A stretch of 64,000 nucleotides of DNA from Amoeboaphelidium protococcarum X5. Lineage: Eukaryota; Fungi; Aphelidiomycota. Position numbers and translations under genes: made by a program. The stretch spans positions 1,036,604 to 1,100,603 of the forward strand of contig JALDTO010000146.1 of the NCBI GenBank assembly GCA_023515725.1, given 5' to 3'. The notes under the pieces were generated by a model. It made no database searches and was not told where the DNA came from. It worked only from the letters and a program-made list of their open reading frames with translations. Positions 25,480-39,185 of this stretch are shown here, one piece after another; position 1 is the first letter of the stretch, and each line of letters starts with the position of its first letter.

Positions 25480-26574
25480 ATGGCGATTGCAGCTTCATAA
25501 AATAGGCTGGCGTCATTGCTGCTGCATATCATAAATATCATATTCACCATTGCTGGTCTGGCCATTGCAGCCGGGTTCTTGATTGCGTACATTTTAAATC
25601 TAACCGGTTAGATACGTTCATAGGGAGGATAGACTGCTATATTATGGGCATTAATTGCACTGGGTTTGATAGTTGCGTGTACTGGATTTCTTGGATTTTG
25701 TGGATTGTGTATGGGGAATAAGTGTCTCCTTATCACCTATCTGGCAGTGGTGATCACTATTTTCGTGGCCCAGGTTGTTTTGGCTGCCACGGTATACACA
25801 CAAGCTCTGCGGCCTGATGATGCTTTCTGGTCTGCTATTGGTACAAGAGCCTCTGTGCCGGTCTATGTGCTCCTGTTTATAATGTGTGCTATCGAATTCG
25901 CGGTTATTCTGTTTTCATGTATCCTGTTGGGAAGTTAGCGTAGGCGGAAATCTAATTACGCTGGACGCATTTAGCCTTAAAACACGCCTCCAGTGTATTA
26001 CGCAGATCCAAATGCACAGTATGGAGGTGGTTATGCGAATGGCCCTGTTCCATCGGCACCTAATTTGAAGTAGCCAACTCTGCCAGCCATTCAAGGTTAT
26101 CCAATGATACCGATGCAGCCATATACTGGACCTAATATTAACCACTAGCAGGAGTATGTTGAGTATGAAACTGTTCAAGATTTGTCTGTAAAGTCACAGC
26201 CTCAGAAGTAAGAAGTTGTGTATGAAGAGCTGGATCCTGATTATCGCGGTAGAATTATGGATGATCTTCCTGATTCTTAATTGGCACTTCAGTAATAATA
26301 ATAACAATAGTAATAGGCCTAGTAAAGTCATCGTTAATCATCAATGTATCCGCGTTTAGATGAGCCGACGCTTCCTGCTGTCTAGTAATATGATTCTCTG
26401 GATGCACAATCTTACGGATCAAGCGGTGGTCACAGTCGGCCGCAATTATAGTCTTCATCATCAGTGGCTCAACGTCGCCCAACACCACCGCAGACCAGAA
26501 TGTACGATGAAGTCACTAATTCCGCATCTGAATACGATGATTATCTCCCACCAGCCCCAATTTCCAAGTATTGA
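25480..26574 (+). CDS. Tetraspanin-like four-TM protein with long Pro/Gln/Tyr-rich tail
   Basis: 364 aa; HIINIIF..AGL, GFLGFCGLCMGNKCLLITY, polar Q in TM3 and E in TM4; very short EC2. Confidence 0.75.
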
Positions 26575-27018
26575 CATGTTAGTTTATATATATACTATTG
26601 ATTACTTTGAAAATTTTATAGTTTCGCGCGTATGTCTACTATGAGTCTCGGCCTCTTTCTCTCCTCTCCTCTCCTGTCTTGTTTTACTATATCAGTGAAA
26701 AATTGTATCACGTCATTTTGTTAACAAATTCAATGTTAATGCATGAAACTTTTTCGCGTAGAGCTTATATTCATACAGTTTTCTGCTGCATTATAATAAT
26801 AAGCTTATTAAATCAAAATTGCTCTAATGATAAACGATAGTTATCGCAGCGCAGGCCAAAGAGGCGATATACAGTAGACAGATCGCCAACTCCGAGCGAG
26901 ATCGACCGCCCGTTTTAAAATTCTCCGTTTCTCTCGTTCCAGACCAGCCAGACTTCTTTTTCCGTCAATTCTTTTCCTCCATTCTCTTGCAAGTGACAAA
27001 GAGAGTGAGTGACAGGGG

Positions 27019-27038
27019 AGAGAGAGAGAGAGAGAGAG
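27019..27038 (+). repeat. (GA)n microsatellite upstream of the MYND gene
   Basis: About 10 GA units. Confidence 0.8.
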
Positions 27039-27131
27039 TAGTATACTCGGTAGAATCGATTACATTATCTTCATACATATCAAGTATATTAAACTGTCAA
27101 CTGATTATTTACATCTTGATATTGACTCTGT

Positions 27132-29255
27132 ATGGATCAACAGCATTCATAGTAGCTGTAGTAGTCGTGGTAGTTGTAGTACCGTTAGTAAAACTTTGAT
27201 ATGGATCCGTGGGTCATAACGGTGAATGGAGCAGTAGTATAACCTCAGGATGCATTTGAGAGGATTGTGAGTGGTGATACAAAGTTGGGTAGCAAGTCCA
27301 CTGCGACGCTGTTTATTATGGCTCTGAGACATGCATTAAATAGGCGGTCAGATGATGATGTGTCTCAACTCATGCTCAAGTGCAAGGAGGCAGAGACTGA
27401 TTTTGAGCGAAAACTTGCATTCCGTCTGCTTAGTGGCTCCTCTGATGCAGTTAATGCAGGTCGTCCAGATAAGCTGTACACTCTGCTCATACTTGTGATT
27501 AATTATGCCTATGTTGGTGGCGATACTGTGAGGAATAGCAATTTTTATAATGGCTTTCAGAGTAACGGCAATCTTGATGATAACATGTTCAATCCCCAAA
27601 GTATGACGAATGATATAGAGTAGTTGGATCGATATTTCAAGAGATTATAAAGATAGCGGATGGCTGTGGATCTTCTGAAGCAAGTTTTATTCATCACCAC
27701 TGATATTAGGCGAGTTGTATTGGATGAATTTAGTTTTGTCATTTAATGGATATGCTCCACCATCTGCCAGCTCTCCACCTGCTTCTCTGCACTGTAGATT
27801 AGAAGCTCTGGACCTGATAGCTCTCAAGTGGATGAGGAGATTGCATCTGCTAATGCCAATGCTCAGGAAGAGATTGGAGAGTTGCTGGATTCTTTTATAC
27901 GGTGTCTGTCAGATGTATTTATCATTGCTGAGTAGTAGCATTTTGAGCATTATTTGGATTATTTGTGTAATGTCCTTCTCTCTCTTCAGCAAGTTAAACA
28001 GTCTTCTGTAATTGATCTCGCTGTCCGGTTGATGAGCTTTATTTATGAATTTGCTAATGAGGAAACTCTTACTAGATTTAATGACACGAAGGTGATTGAC
28101 CAGTATTTGTAGATTCTCAAGATTCATCGGTAGTAATTGTCTAATGGCAGTGTCTAGTTGTCATTTGATTACACTTCTGATATTCTTTTGACATTTATGC
28201 AGCATTTGGCCACTCATCTAGTATGTAAAGTCCCTGATTAGTTGAGGCCATATGTGCACTCTGTATGTGAAGATTGGAGAATTGTTATGGGCACGCATAA
28301 CGATTTGAATATAGAGTAGTAGCACATTGTGTCTCTGTAGAATTTCGCTGTGAGGACACTGCACGTACTCAGTTCCACGGGGATATCTGTTGGAATATAG
28401 GCCCTGTTCTCAGAGTCGGTGGAGATTAGAAAGTCGCGGCAGCTGTCCATTAAGCGAAAGTGTGAAGGTTGTGGTATGATTGAGAACCATTTTGGGGATT
28501 TTATGATGTGTGCCGGCTGTAGGAAGGTTCGGTATTGCGGAAAAGAGTGTCAGGTTAAAGACTGGAAGTATCATAGAATGTCGTGTCACTTCTTTAGGCC
28601 TCGGCCGGGATTTAGATCCAGAGGCACTCAGACTCCGGTGGATGTATCGACATAGACTGAGCTTACTTCGGCATCTGGTGCCTAGTCATCGTCTTCATCT
28701 ATGCAGCCTCGGATATCTGCTTTCACACCTAGTGATAATCTTCTCAATTCTCGGAATGTCTCTTTTAGAAGAGTTGATTAGTTAGTCCGAGCGGGAGTAG
28801 ATTAGAGTGGCCTAGTGAGAAGTAACGATAATAGTGGATAGAATACTCCGGCATTTGGGAGGCGGTTGAATGCGATTGATGACGGTATATCTGCTAGTAA
28901 TGATGAAATTGCAGTTGATGTTACAGATTAGGCTCTTTAATCGTAATAATAGAATTAATTGATTGGTGGCCTGGAATCTACAGAATCTTCTGCTCATGAA
29001 TAATAACACGCTGATTCTAGTATGCAAGTTGAAGAGGATTAGCACTAACATACTGTCAGTAATTCATCCTCTAGTGTCCATGGAAGGCGTCATCATCAAG
29101 TCACTCAATAGTCAACCTCTAGCGGGCGTGTGAGCACTTATGTGCAGACTGATATATCTTACGCCGAATAGTGGAGGAGTCGAGTGTATGTTGATGGTTA
29201 GACATAGACTTCACTTCTGGCACATAATACTACAAGCAATAACAATTAGAGATGA
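27132..29255 (+). CDS. MYND-type zinc finger protein with helical N-terminal region and low-complexity tail
   Basis: 707 aa; CEGC...CAGCRKVRYCGKECQVKDWKYHRMSC. Confidence 0.85.
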
Positions 29256-29358
29256 TCGAAATTGTACAGTTTAAATCTATTGAAATCAATATATTCTACT
29301 CTAATCATATCAGTATCATCTTCATCTTAGTCGCGCTCCGTCTCATCTAGTTAGACAT

Positions 29359-31620
29359 TCACATCAAAACACATTTGCAGCCAGCACTAGAAGCCTTCTA
29401 TGCCTAATCAATAGCTTTCTGGGCATCAGCTTTCGCGGCATCAGCCAACTCTTTTATGGCCGTTATATCTTTCTTTAACTATTCAACTTGAAGATTAAGA
29501 TCTTTATTGGCATTCACAACCTCTAGTAACTCTGTACTCTTACCGCGAGCCAGTGACTGTCCTCTATCAGTATAACTATCAGACGCGTCTCCAAGTGGGC
29601 CCAAAATCGGAGACTTGCTCTTCATCTTATCCAATTCTCTGGTGACATCATTACGGAAGTTCTTCTATACACGCTCACCATCCTAGATCTTCTTCTGAAT
29701 GATCTCGAGCTGTTCGCTAACAAACTTGCGTACTGTGCTATCTGTAGTGGAGATTAGCTACTCCATATCAATCTTCACCTGATTTATGTTGTCGCTGTGT
29801 GTGCCAAGACTCTTGTCAAATTCAGACATCTTTTCAGTGATTTACGTGATTGCCTATTGTAAATCACTAAGACTACCACTGGCCAGCTGACTCTCACGCG
29901 ACTGCTTGGCATCTTGAATGGTGGCATACAATTTCTTCTCAATGCTGGATTGATCCTTTCTAACAGTCTCGATCTCCTTTAGAGTTGATTCAAAAGAAGA
30001 TTATAAGGCTGAAACTTTGCTATCCAGCACCGTCTTCAAGTCTGCATACTGCACATTAACTTTCTTAATGTCCACTTCAATGGTATTTAATTTCTAATCC
30101 AGCTGTCTATTGTTATCGGCAGAAGTACCAGGCGATTTAATACTCTCAACTTTGGGTGAAGTAGCGGTGCTCTTTTCGATCGGTTATGCTTTCGGTGCAT
30201 CAACACTCACCTTCTATTGCTGGGTGAGAGAGGGAGCAGCGTCTTTAACTACAGCTTGCGCAACTGTCGCCTTCGCTTGTGAATCCTATTTGCCGGGAGG
30301 CTGAGCGGATGACTTTCCTACCGACCATTAACTTGGAGATTATTATGTCTAAGACTCTTTCAGATTCACATTTAGACTGTCAACATTATTACCATTAGGA
30401 ATCTTTATGGCAGAATTCTTATCTGGGGACGCGTTTTAATTCGTGGTACTATTAGTATCTTTGAGTGGAGACTAAGACTTGGCTTGAGGTGAATCCAAAT
30501 CCTTCGGACTAATAGCAGACTTTGGCTGTTCTACATTGATCTACACCTGAGCCTCCTCTTGTGCTTATGCAAATATTTCGCCCATATTCATTCCACCCTT
30601 TTAAGGCTTACTCTACTCAGATGATGCATCCAGCTACTTAGTCTATCCCAAAGGACGATTATCATCATTATCATTGTCATTTTAAACATTCTCTTCCTTC
30701 TCACTGATAACACTGCTTTTGCTGACTTCACTTACTACCTGAGACTGCGCCAAATTCAGACCACTACCAGCCTTACTCAAAGTCTTAAACAGTACCAAGC
30801 TGGCAGGATCATTAGCCTAAAACTACTTGCACTTTTGTAGCAGCAGCTACATGATTCTGACAGCATTAAAATCCAAAACTGGCAATCTCTTGGTAACCTT
30901 CTCAAAAGCCTAACAGTTGTAGTTGATTATCGCGTGAACATTAGCCAAAGGAACACCAAGCAGTCCGCTTGTAATCTTGAGCACATCAGAAATCTCTGGT
31001 AGTTCATTAAATACTTGATTGTCTCCCATAATCTGTCCGCTAACTAAAAGATCCACTTTACTTACTAGCACCACCGGATCGCGGCCTCTGTCTTTAATCT
31101 AAGCAAGCACTGTCTTGATCTTAGTCAAATCACTACCAGATAGATCCATCACAACTTGCTATGGAATCATGAATGCAACAGCATGTATGGCATTGTAAGC
31201 ATTCGGCTTCTTCTACTGAGTGATCACCTGAGTCAATGCTTTGGCATCTCTAGGCATTGCATACCTATCAGGAAGCATCCCTTGTAGAATGAGATCTAGC
31301 TCAAGAGAATCATAATTACATCCACTGCCATCATCTTTTATGCCCCAAGACTCCCAGAGATTAGTCTTGAGTTGCGGCAAGATAGACGACAGATTGATTT
31401 TGCTGTAACTAGAAGTAACTCTCACTTTAGACGGAGAGTATGCATAGGATGTTCTTGATAGAGATTTGGTAATATAGGACGTTTTCTATGGCTACAGAGA
31501 GGTGCCGAGGCAATTCACAGCAGAGGACACACCTGATCCAGAGTATCCAAACAATAGTACATTGTTGTACAATAGCTCATCATTCCCGCCGGGATTATAC
31601 TGCAATAAGTCTTGACTCAT
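29359..31620 (-). CDS. IFI44-like P-loop domain + coiled coil + C-terminal CaaX protein
   Basis: 753 aa; NVLLFGYSGSGVSSAVN, LWESWG, ILQGMLPDRY, AIHAVAFMIP, PVVLV; long coiled coil; ends SSAGCKCVLM*. Confidence 0.75.
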
Positions 31621-32083
31621 ACCTGCAAAGTTATTAAATGACAAATAGAATTATTAATCAACTGGTTAAACTTAAGCTTTCGCAGCATCAACAAACGTTC
31701 AAGTTGAAACGGATCAGCGTCGCCATGGAAGCGTCAGTCTTAGACGCGGATGAGACTCAGCAGTTTGCACGAGACGGAATGGGCAACACATATCTCTCAT
31801 GCAGTATATTTTGGGAATAAGTATATCAGACTTTAATCTTTTACAACATGCCAACATTTTACACTAAATTCACCTATATTTTAATAGATCACATTGGCGG
31901 GCTGAAGAGTTAATCAGAGATTGGCTGAGTATTAAAGGAATGCAGTGAACATATTAATAGACAACTGGATTATATAGTGAGTGGTATCAAGCTCTTTGTC
32001 TTTTGCTTTATTCTTACTTAGTGACACCTTATTTCTGCCCAGCAAAGTGAAATTTAATAGCTTAGTATCCGATAACATACACA

Positions 32084-33295
32084 ATGGCACCACTAGACAC
32101 CGCTTCCCTGACTGGTAGAATGTAATTGATTAACGGTAATAATGCTGCTACCCCTCAAAGTAATGCTCAAGGCGCGCGTGAGCTGAATGTTTCAACTCCA
32201 AGAAATCGTGACAATGCTGGCGTAATTTACAGCGCAAGTGGGCTATTTTAACAACAGCAAGTGTTATCACCTTAGTAAGATGATCAGTCGCGTTACTCCA
32301 TCACGTCTCTTCTAACGCGTCTTCGCTCTGCCGACTCTCCTGCTAATCGTGTTTTGAATATTATTGATAGTCGCTAATAATAACAGCCGCACCAACATCC
32401 GCATCCTTAATAGTAGCCATAGCAATAGTAATAGTTTACAAGGCCTGCTGTGAGACCGGTGAGCTCTAATCTTCCCAATATTGCGTCAATGCAAGGCTAC
32501 AATCCTTTTAATTTTGCGCGCGAGTCAACCGCCTAATAAGTGCGTCCTTAATCTAATGCTGAAGCTGTACGTGAACACATGGGCAGTGAAGCATTATAGT
32601 AGCTGAGAAACTACTTTCTACATAGCTATGCTGATGTGGCTCCTATTATGAGATTTGGCAGTGAAGACACTGTTGATGATTGCATTGAGGATGATGAAGA
32701 TATCGATGACGATGATCATGATGGTGAAGGTGATATTGAGCCTAGCACTACCAACGTTATTCAGGATTTGAGAAGACGTCAAGTGTTGTATGCGCGCGTG
32801 ATGAATGCGCGTCAACGCCTCAGTGCTGTAAGAGATGCTGAGCTGGCTAGTCCGCATGATCAATTTAGGTACAAGGTTGTGTGCAAGCTGTAGTGCAAAT
32901 CATGCAATTCCGTGTTGTGTCAGCGTGGTATGAAAGCAATATTGCTGGCTGATTAGAAGGTGGAGCTGTATAGCACCGATATGCCGCCTGTGACTAATGT
33001 CGGCACTGTATACTAGGACTATTGTACTGAGAAGTGTTTCTGTAGAGTCCAAGATATTGCGTGTTTGCTCTGTGGTAACATTGTTGGATACCACGTCGCC
33101 TAGCCGTGCGATAGTTGTCTAGATGCCAGCAACAATGGTCATTTTTGGATGTTCCACACGGGCGGTGTAGAGGCGCAGGAGAGACTCGACAAGAAAGGTA
33201 GACCGCTTCTATGGGCATTCCTACCGCCTTCTCACATGGACCCCGCTGTAAATGGCCATGACAGATACAATTACTCTGGTCAGTAAATTCATTGA
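32084..33295 (+). CDS. FAM72: FAM72 family protein with Gln-rich N-terminal extension
   Basis: 403 aa; LCQRGMKAILLAD.KVELYSTD, DIACLLCGNIVGYHV..PC.SCL...NNGHFWMFH. Confidence 0.9.
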
Positions 33296-33930
33296 AATGA
33301 TATATATAATAGACATGTTTGTTTTAACTTGAATGCGTATTAGGTGATATTTTGTTCTCTGGTTTGATTTCAAGTAAAACGACTATCACTTAGATGCAGC
33401 ATATTTGAAAGTGCTCATACAATGGAGAGTATTGGCAACTGTGTAGTTATTCTAAGTGTCGTAACGTTCTACTTGGATCACAGTCTTTGTAATGGGGTAG
33501 TAGAGAACTCAAAACATCAGATTCTGTACAAGATTATAATGACTGTAAAGTAAAATAGGGTGGGTGGATGAAACATTAAGCGAATTTATGTTATATTACA
33601 TTAATTGTTTGGGCAAAGTGTACGTGGACCCCTTCCCAAGCTCTGGTCACTTGATGGTAGAATCTGTGCCAAGAGAATGGCCTATCATGCGACATGTGAG
33701 ATGAAATGACTTTGCGCCTAGACTTAAATCTAGAAATCCAATTTTACAGAAATAGTAATCCTATATTGCTCATATTAATTAATTGGAAATTTGAATTACC
33801 AAATCAATCTAGTTGTTACCAAAAATAGATTTCGGCGATCCTATAAAAGCGCAACTGTCACACTGTCACATCTCCTCCGTTCACAAATCTCTCAACAATT
33901 TGAATATAACTAATACCTTGAATTTCAAGT

Positions 33931-35034
33931 ATGTACTCAACTGTATTTGCTGTCCTGTCTGTTGTTGCAACATCCATGGTGATGGCTTCCTCTCCTGCAA
34001 GTTGTGATGCTGATAGCAGCTACCTCAACGCTGTGCTCACTTATACTGAGAGCTTTTCTGACTTGACTCAGAAATGGTGTGCTGACAACCGTGTCTTTTG
34101 CTCTTATGGTGTTCGTGTGGCGAATGGCTCCTCTTAGCTCTCGATGGGTGAGGCTTAGACTGCCTTTGTGAAGAAATTGGCAGGTGAGGGTGCTGACGGT
34201 AGCTCTTTCAAGCCAGTTGGTCTGGTGATTGAAGATGTTGGCTCACTGCTCGGTCTGAATACCACCAACTTCCGCCAGTATACTGTCACTGATAAGGATG
34301 CCGCTCGTACCACTTTGCAAGATCTGAAGAAGTAGCTGTTGGGAGAATACGTGGGTAAGTTCACTCCATTCGTTGTGATGCCAGAAGTGGGTGCCAATGT
34401 TCTCTTTGGTAGTGCTATGGCAGCTCAATCCTACTCTGAGGTGATCAAGTTTATTGAGGAGAATGGCTTTGTCTATTGGTACGTTCCTGTTGGTCGTGAT
34501 GATACTGCTCGCCTGACTGCTGGTACTTATTATGGGTTCGTGTCTAACTTTTACTACCGCAAGAACAACAATCTGTTGCTGAATTTGAACTTTGGCGTCA
34601 ACCCATCCAAGATTGAGTAGGATGACACTGCATACTGGTAGAGACGTCAGAATTACACTGGCGGCGTTGCTTCATTCCAATCTCCTCAGTACTGGGAATC
34701 TATCAGTGCTCTGAACCAGTTCGCTGAGTACATGAACTCAAAGATTCGCGCCTAATGTCCAGACTTGGACTTTAATGGTTCTTTCCCTGGTTCCAACGGT
34801 GGGAACAATAACAACGGCACCGGCTCAACTGGCGGTAGCGGTACTATCGGTGGTGGCTCAACCGGCGGTAATGGCAGTAACGCCGGTGGTAGCGGTACTG
34901 TTGGAGGCGGCAAGAACAACAACACCAACTCTACTGGTGGTGAGATCTTCACCCCAAACTCTGCTGTCAATGGTTTTGCTATCAACGCTATGAGCATCGT
35001 TTTGGTTTCCATTGCCTCTCTGGTTCTTTTTTGA
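33931..35034 (+). CDS. Predicted GPI-anchored surface protein
   Basis: 367 aa; signal peptide, globular domain, Gly/Ser/Asn-rich stalk, hydrophobic C-terminus after NSA. Confidence 0.8.
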
Positions 35035-35242
35035 CGAAATAATAGCGCGATAAGTGTTTGATTGAAGCGAATACAATGAATTTCAATAGGCGCAATTTGA
35101 GCCTCTTTAATCTCCATTTTACTCTTTGCTGTAGAGACTTTGGATTGTCATATTTCGCTCATGATGCATTTCAGTCATACAGACGACTTTGCTCACTTTT
35201 TTCGTTTCTCTTTTAAGCGTTAGCCTTTCAGTAATTTTATTA

Positions 35243-36583
35243 ATGGCGACATTTAATACATTGATAGACTAAAAATTGCAGAAGGTACGCGTTGGTTCCA
35301 CCCATGTTCCTTTTTACTTTGACAACGAGTCTGATGTAAGTGCTACCGAGACAGACTATTCAGATTATGAAGAAGATTTTCATGGAGACTTGGAGGCCCT
35401 CCTGCAAGAACTCCAGGCGCTATTTGATGAAAAAATATCCACCGGTAAGCTTATTGTCTAGGACACAGACGCGTTCACTGATGATGGAAAGCAAGTTATG
35501 CTGATAAAATAGCCCTTTGCATCTAAATTGAAGCATCACTTGTTCCACCCCGCCATATATCGCAATATCAAACCGTTGTCTTTGTTTGGCGGGACTGGTG
35601 TTGAGTGTCTGGCGCGACTTCTCGGTGTATAAGACATCTGGAGATACACTTATGATATTGCAGTGGCTGATCGCTATGTTGGCCTGGCATTAGCCGGTTT
35701 GATTTCAATGGCTGATGCGAATGAATCTTCAGTAGCTCATTAATTGCATAATATCATCTTGCATGTGTCATATTCGCTTAATATTGGCGTGAAAGCTGCG
35801 GATTAGTAGATGGCTATCGTTGGTGGGTTTATGTGTCACCCCGAGTTTGACTATTTTGGTTTGACTGACCTGCGTGTTCTTTAGAGCGGGCCTAGTGGTC
35901 GCGTTCTACTAAGCACGGAATTAAAAACCTGTGCTGCCTTTCCAAATGGGCATCCTTGGTACGTACAGTCAAGATTAGCTCAAACTCTGAGTTAATTGTA
36001 CTCAACTAACGCCCCGGTACTGCTGCTTACCCCACAGCGTTTTAAAGTGTTCGCCGAGAATGAAGCACGCGACTCTATTTACACCTACCCATACTAATCC
36101 TCCTCTGATAATGCTAATTTGGCATCTAGTGAGTCACTAGCTGTAGATGAAGAGTTGCTAAAGGTAATTGTCATTTGTTTGTGTCAAGCGTTGAAACCTA
36201 TTCTACCTAGTGAATCTGGAGTCTAGCAGGTGATTTCACAGAGCGTCGAATAGTCTCCCGCTAAGTTTAGCGCTAAGCCAATCGACAGTATTTCCAAGGA
36301 CCGCAAGCGAAGCCATGCAGTTGCGTTCAGTTCCTCTGGTAGGCAGCCTATCGTTCCTAAATAACCAAAGTTTAAAATTGGCCAAAATGAAGACGGTAGT
36401 GCAATCTATGCCGACGTGAGAGTCATGGCTGAGTGTGATATGGTGAGATATTTGCCGGAAGAATTGTCGACATCGTCCGATGATTCCTTTACAGATGATG
36501 AAAAGCCAGTAGAAAGTGCCACTGCTCATACAAGTGCTGTTACTGAAGAATGCACAACAAAACCGCTCTAAAATGACTGCTGA
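35243..36583 (+). CDS. Hypothetical protein with PD-(D/E)xK-like motif; paralog of 40324-41642
   Basis: 446 aa; GLTDLRV...LSTELKT...RLAQTLSQLY..NAPVLLLTP..FKVF. Confidence 0.75.
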
Positions 36584-37048
36584 ATTGCTAAGCGATATCT
36601 GTGCAATGCAATGTTGATAATCTTATGTTTTCCCCCATTAATACATTAGTTTGAAGTTGATAAAAAGAAAATGATTTGAATTGACTCTACCTGAATTTCA
36701 AAAGATCTTTCTCCCGTCCTACAGATGAAATCACACATAATAGACTCTTAAACTTCCACTCTGACGCGTTCTGTAGTGAGGTGGCCTTCCTTTCTCATTT
36801 AAATCCTATACAGTTTACATTAAATAACTCACCAGGAGAGACGCGTGTAACTTCATTATTGTGCGCCAATCTGTACTTCACCGACACTTTTGAAACGAAA
36901 ATTCTGCCAGTTTACCGTCTGAGTGAAACGCTGTCTATTTCTCTCTGTCTCTCTTTCTCTCTTTCTCTTCCCCATGCTTCACAGCATTTTGCTTGTAATA
37001 CACCCGTACGAAAAAATTGCTGGATATCCTTTATTAAATTTGACCATT

Positions 37049-38914
37049 ATGGATTCTGAACGTAGAACAAAGAGACGAATGGATGATTAGGGTGGTAGGG
37101 ACGAGGTGAAGTCGAATACCTTTTCCACGTTCTAGTTTGGTGCTTCTTAGATCAATCCACTGCCTTAATAGTCTACGTTTAGCTTTAGTAAACTTGAGCC
37201 TCAGTAGTAGATAGAGTAGACTAAGAGCTCTCAACAATAGAATATTAAACTGATGGGGCTGAACTATTCTTTGATCAAGACTCTATTCAAGAGTGTATTT
37301 GGACATGAAATTGATCTCAAATCTAATCAGAAGATTGATGTCAACTTTCTGGATAGCGATTGGAGTAAGATATTCGATCAGTACACGAATCATTTGACTT
37401 CTATCGGATAATCATCTTCTGAAAATCTGAATGATAATGAGAATGTCAAAGCTTAAGCTCTGCCATTTACTCCTGTGCAATTAAGGTAGAATGGATCAGT
37501 TGGTGTTAGTCCGTTCAAATTTGGTCTGGTTGAGTAGACTCCTCAGGCTCCTACTCCTCCTGCACCGTTGAATCCATTGGCGTTACCAAGCTTCAGTCTC
37601 CCTTAATCTTCAACAAGCGTCTTTGGTTAAAGTGTTAATGGTGGTAACTCAGATAATCCTTTTGCATTGGGTAGTCTGTAATCGTCAAAGAGCACTTAGG
37701 ATGACCAGACATAAACTGTTAAACCATCTAGTACTAAGCCTGCATCTAAGATTTAGATTAAGCCGTTCACTTTTGGTTCGTCTGGAGAGTCTACAGCTAC
37801 CACTGATGAATAATAAGGGAATAAGACTGAGGATGGTTATACGTTGAAAGCTGACTAAAAGACTTCTGTATTCTCACGTCTTGGAACTGGAGGCGAATAG
37901 TCGTAGTCATTGGTAGCAGATGATAAGACCGATGAATAGCAAAGTGATACCAAGTCATCGTTCAGTTTTACCTTTGGTCAGTCTCCATCGACCGCCTCCA
38001 GTTTTGGTAGTGCTGCCGGATAATAATCCTCTGCGCAACCATCTGGATTTAATTTTACATTTGGTTAAAAGTAGTCAGTATAGCCCAATTCCGTGCCTAC
38101 TGAAGATAAGAATCCAATTCCTACTGTGGAGTCAGGTATGACTAAAGTGGTTGAGTTAAAGTCTAGTAATCCATTTAGCTTCGGTACCAGCTATGGTTCT
38201 TCTTCTACCTCCACCGAGACTTCATAAGCCAAGAATGTATTCTCGGGGTTCTAATTTGGATCTAATGCCGGAGGGTTTACCACCAAGACTTAATTTGCGG
38301 CCTCCGAAACCAAATCTCCTTCCAATGGATCTGCATTCAAGTTTAATCCTGGTGCCAGTGCTTTTACTATTCCCGGCCAGTCATCCTCATCTGCATAAGG
38401 CTCTGACGTCAAGCAAGAAGAAGGAGCTAAGAAGGCCCAAGATGACACGTAAACTGATCGTGATGATGAAGCACAAGAGGCTGCAGAGCGTGAACGCTTG
38501 GCACAGGAGACCAAAAAAGAATAAGAGGCTGCATTGTACACCAAAGGGCCTGGCGAGGAGGAGGAAGAAATACAATGTGCTGTTCGTTGCAAAGTATATT
38601 AGAAAATTGGTAATGAATTTCGTGACATGTCTCTGAGTGCTTTGAAAGTCAATAAGAGCCAGGTTGATGGTTCGTACCGTTTATTAGCGCGGCAGTACGT
38701 GACTAACAATATTCTGATTAATTCCAGAATAAACCAGAGTATGGCCGTCACAAAAGTTGAGAAGCCTCAGATTTTGTCATTGATGTTCCCAGCTGCGAAA
38801 GACGATGGAAAGGTTGAGATACTGTAGTATAGTATTCGATGCAAGTCTGGCGAAGATGTCGATAAAATGATCAAAGCTATAGAGAAGGCGCGTTTAGAGT
38901 CAGTTAAGCGTTGA
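37049..38914 (+). CDS. FxFG nucleoporin with Ran-binding domain (Nup2/Nup50-like)
   Basis: 621 aa; LMGLN...DWSKIFDQY segment, several FxFG motifs, C-terminal GEEEEEIQCAVRCKVY..RLLAR RanBD. Confidence 0.85.
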
Positions 38915-39185
38915 ATGATATTGCTTGAACAATGGAACTTCTGCCGTCTGATCGATTGAACAATATAACTCGTAAATTTGCTCATTCGTATGATGCTCTT
39001 TTCATTAATGCTCACGTTAAAGGTTGTGGTTCGCTTTGCAGGACCATCAAAACGCGAAACGCAGCGATGCAGAGAGATCGTTTGTTTCAGCTCAACTTCA
39101 GTCGGGCGAACGTTCTTCGCGGCTCTCGACTTTACTTCATTAGAGTCTGGTACTATTAGCTTTTAATATTCATAGCTCATAAATA

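Noticed and set aside
33380-33700. Minus-strand MIGHSLG (lipase-like GxSxG) fragment
   Set aside because: A TGA follows within a few codons and no other hydrolase motif is evident
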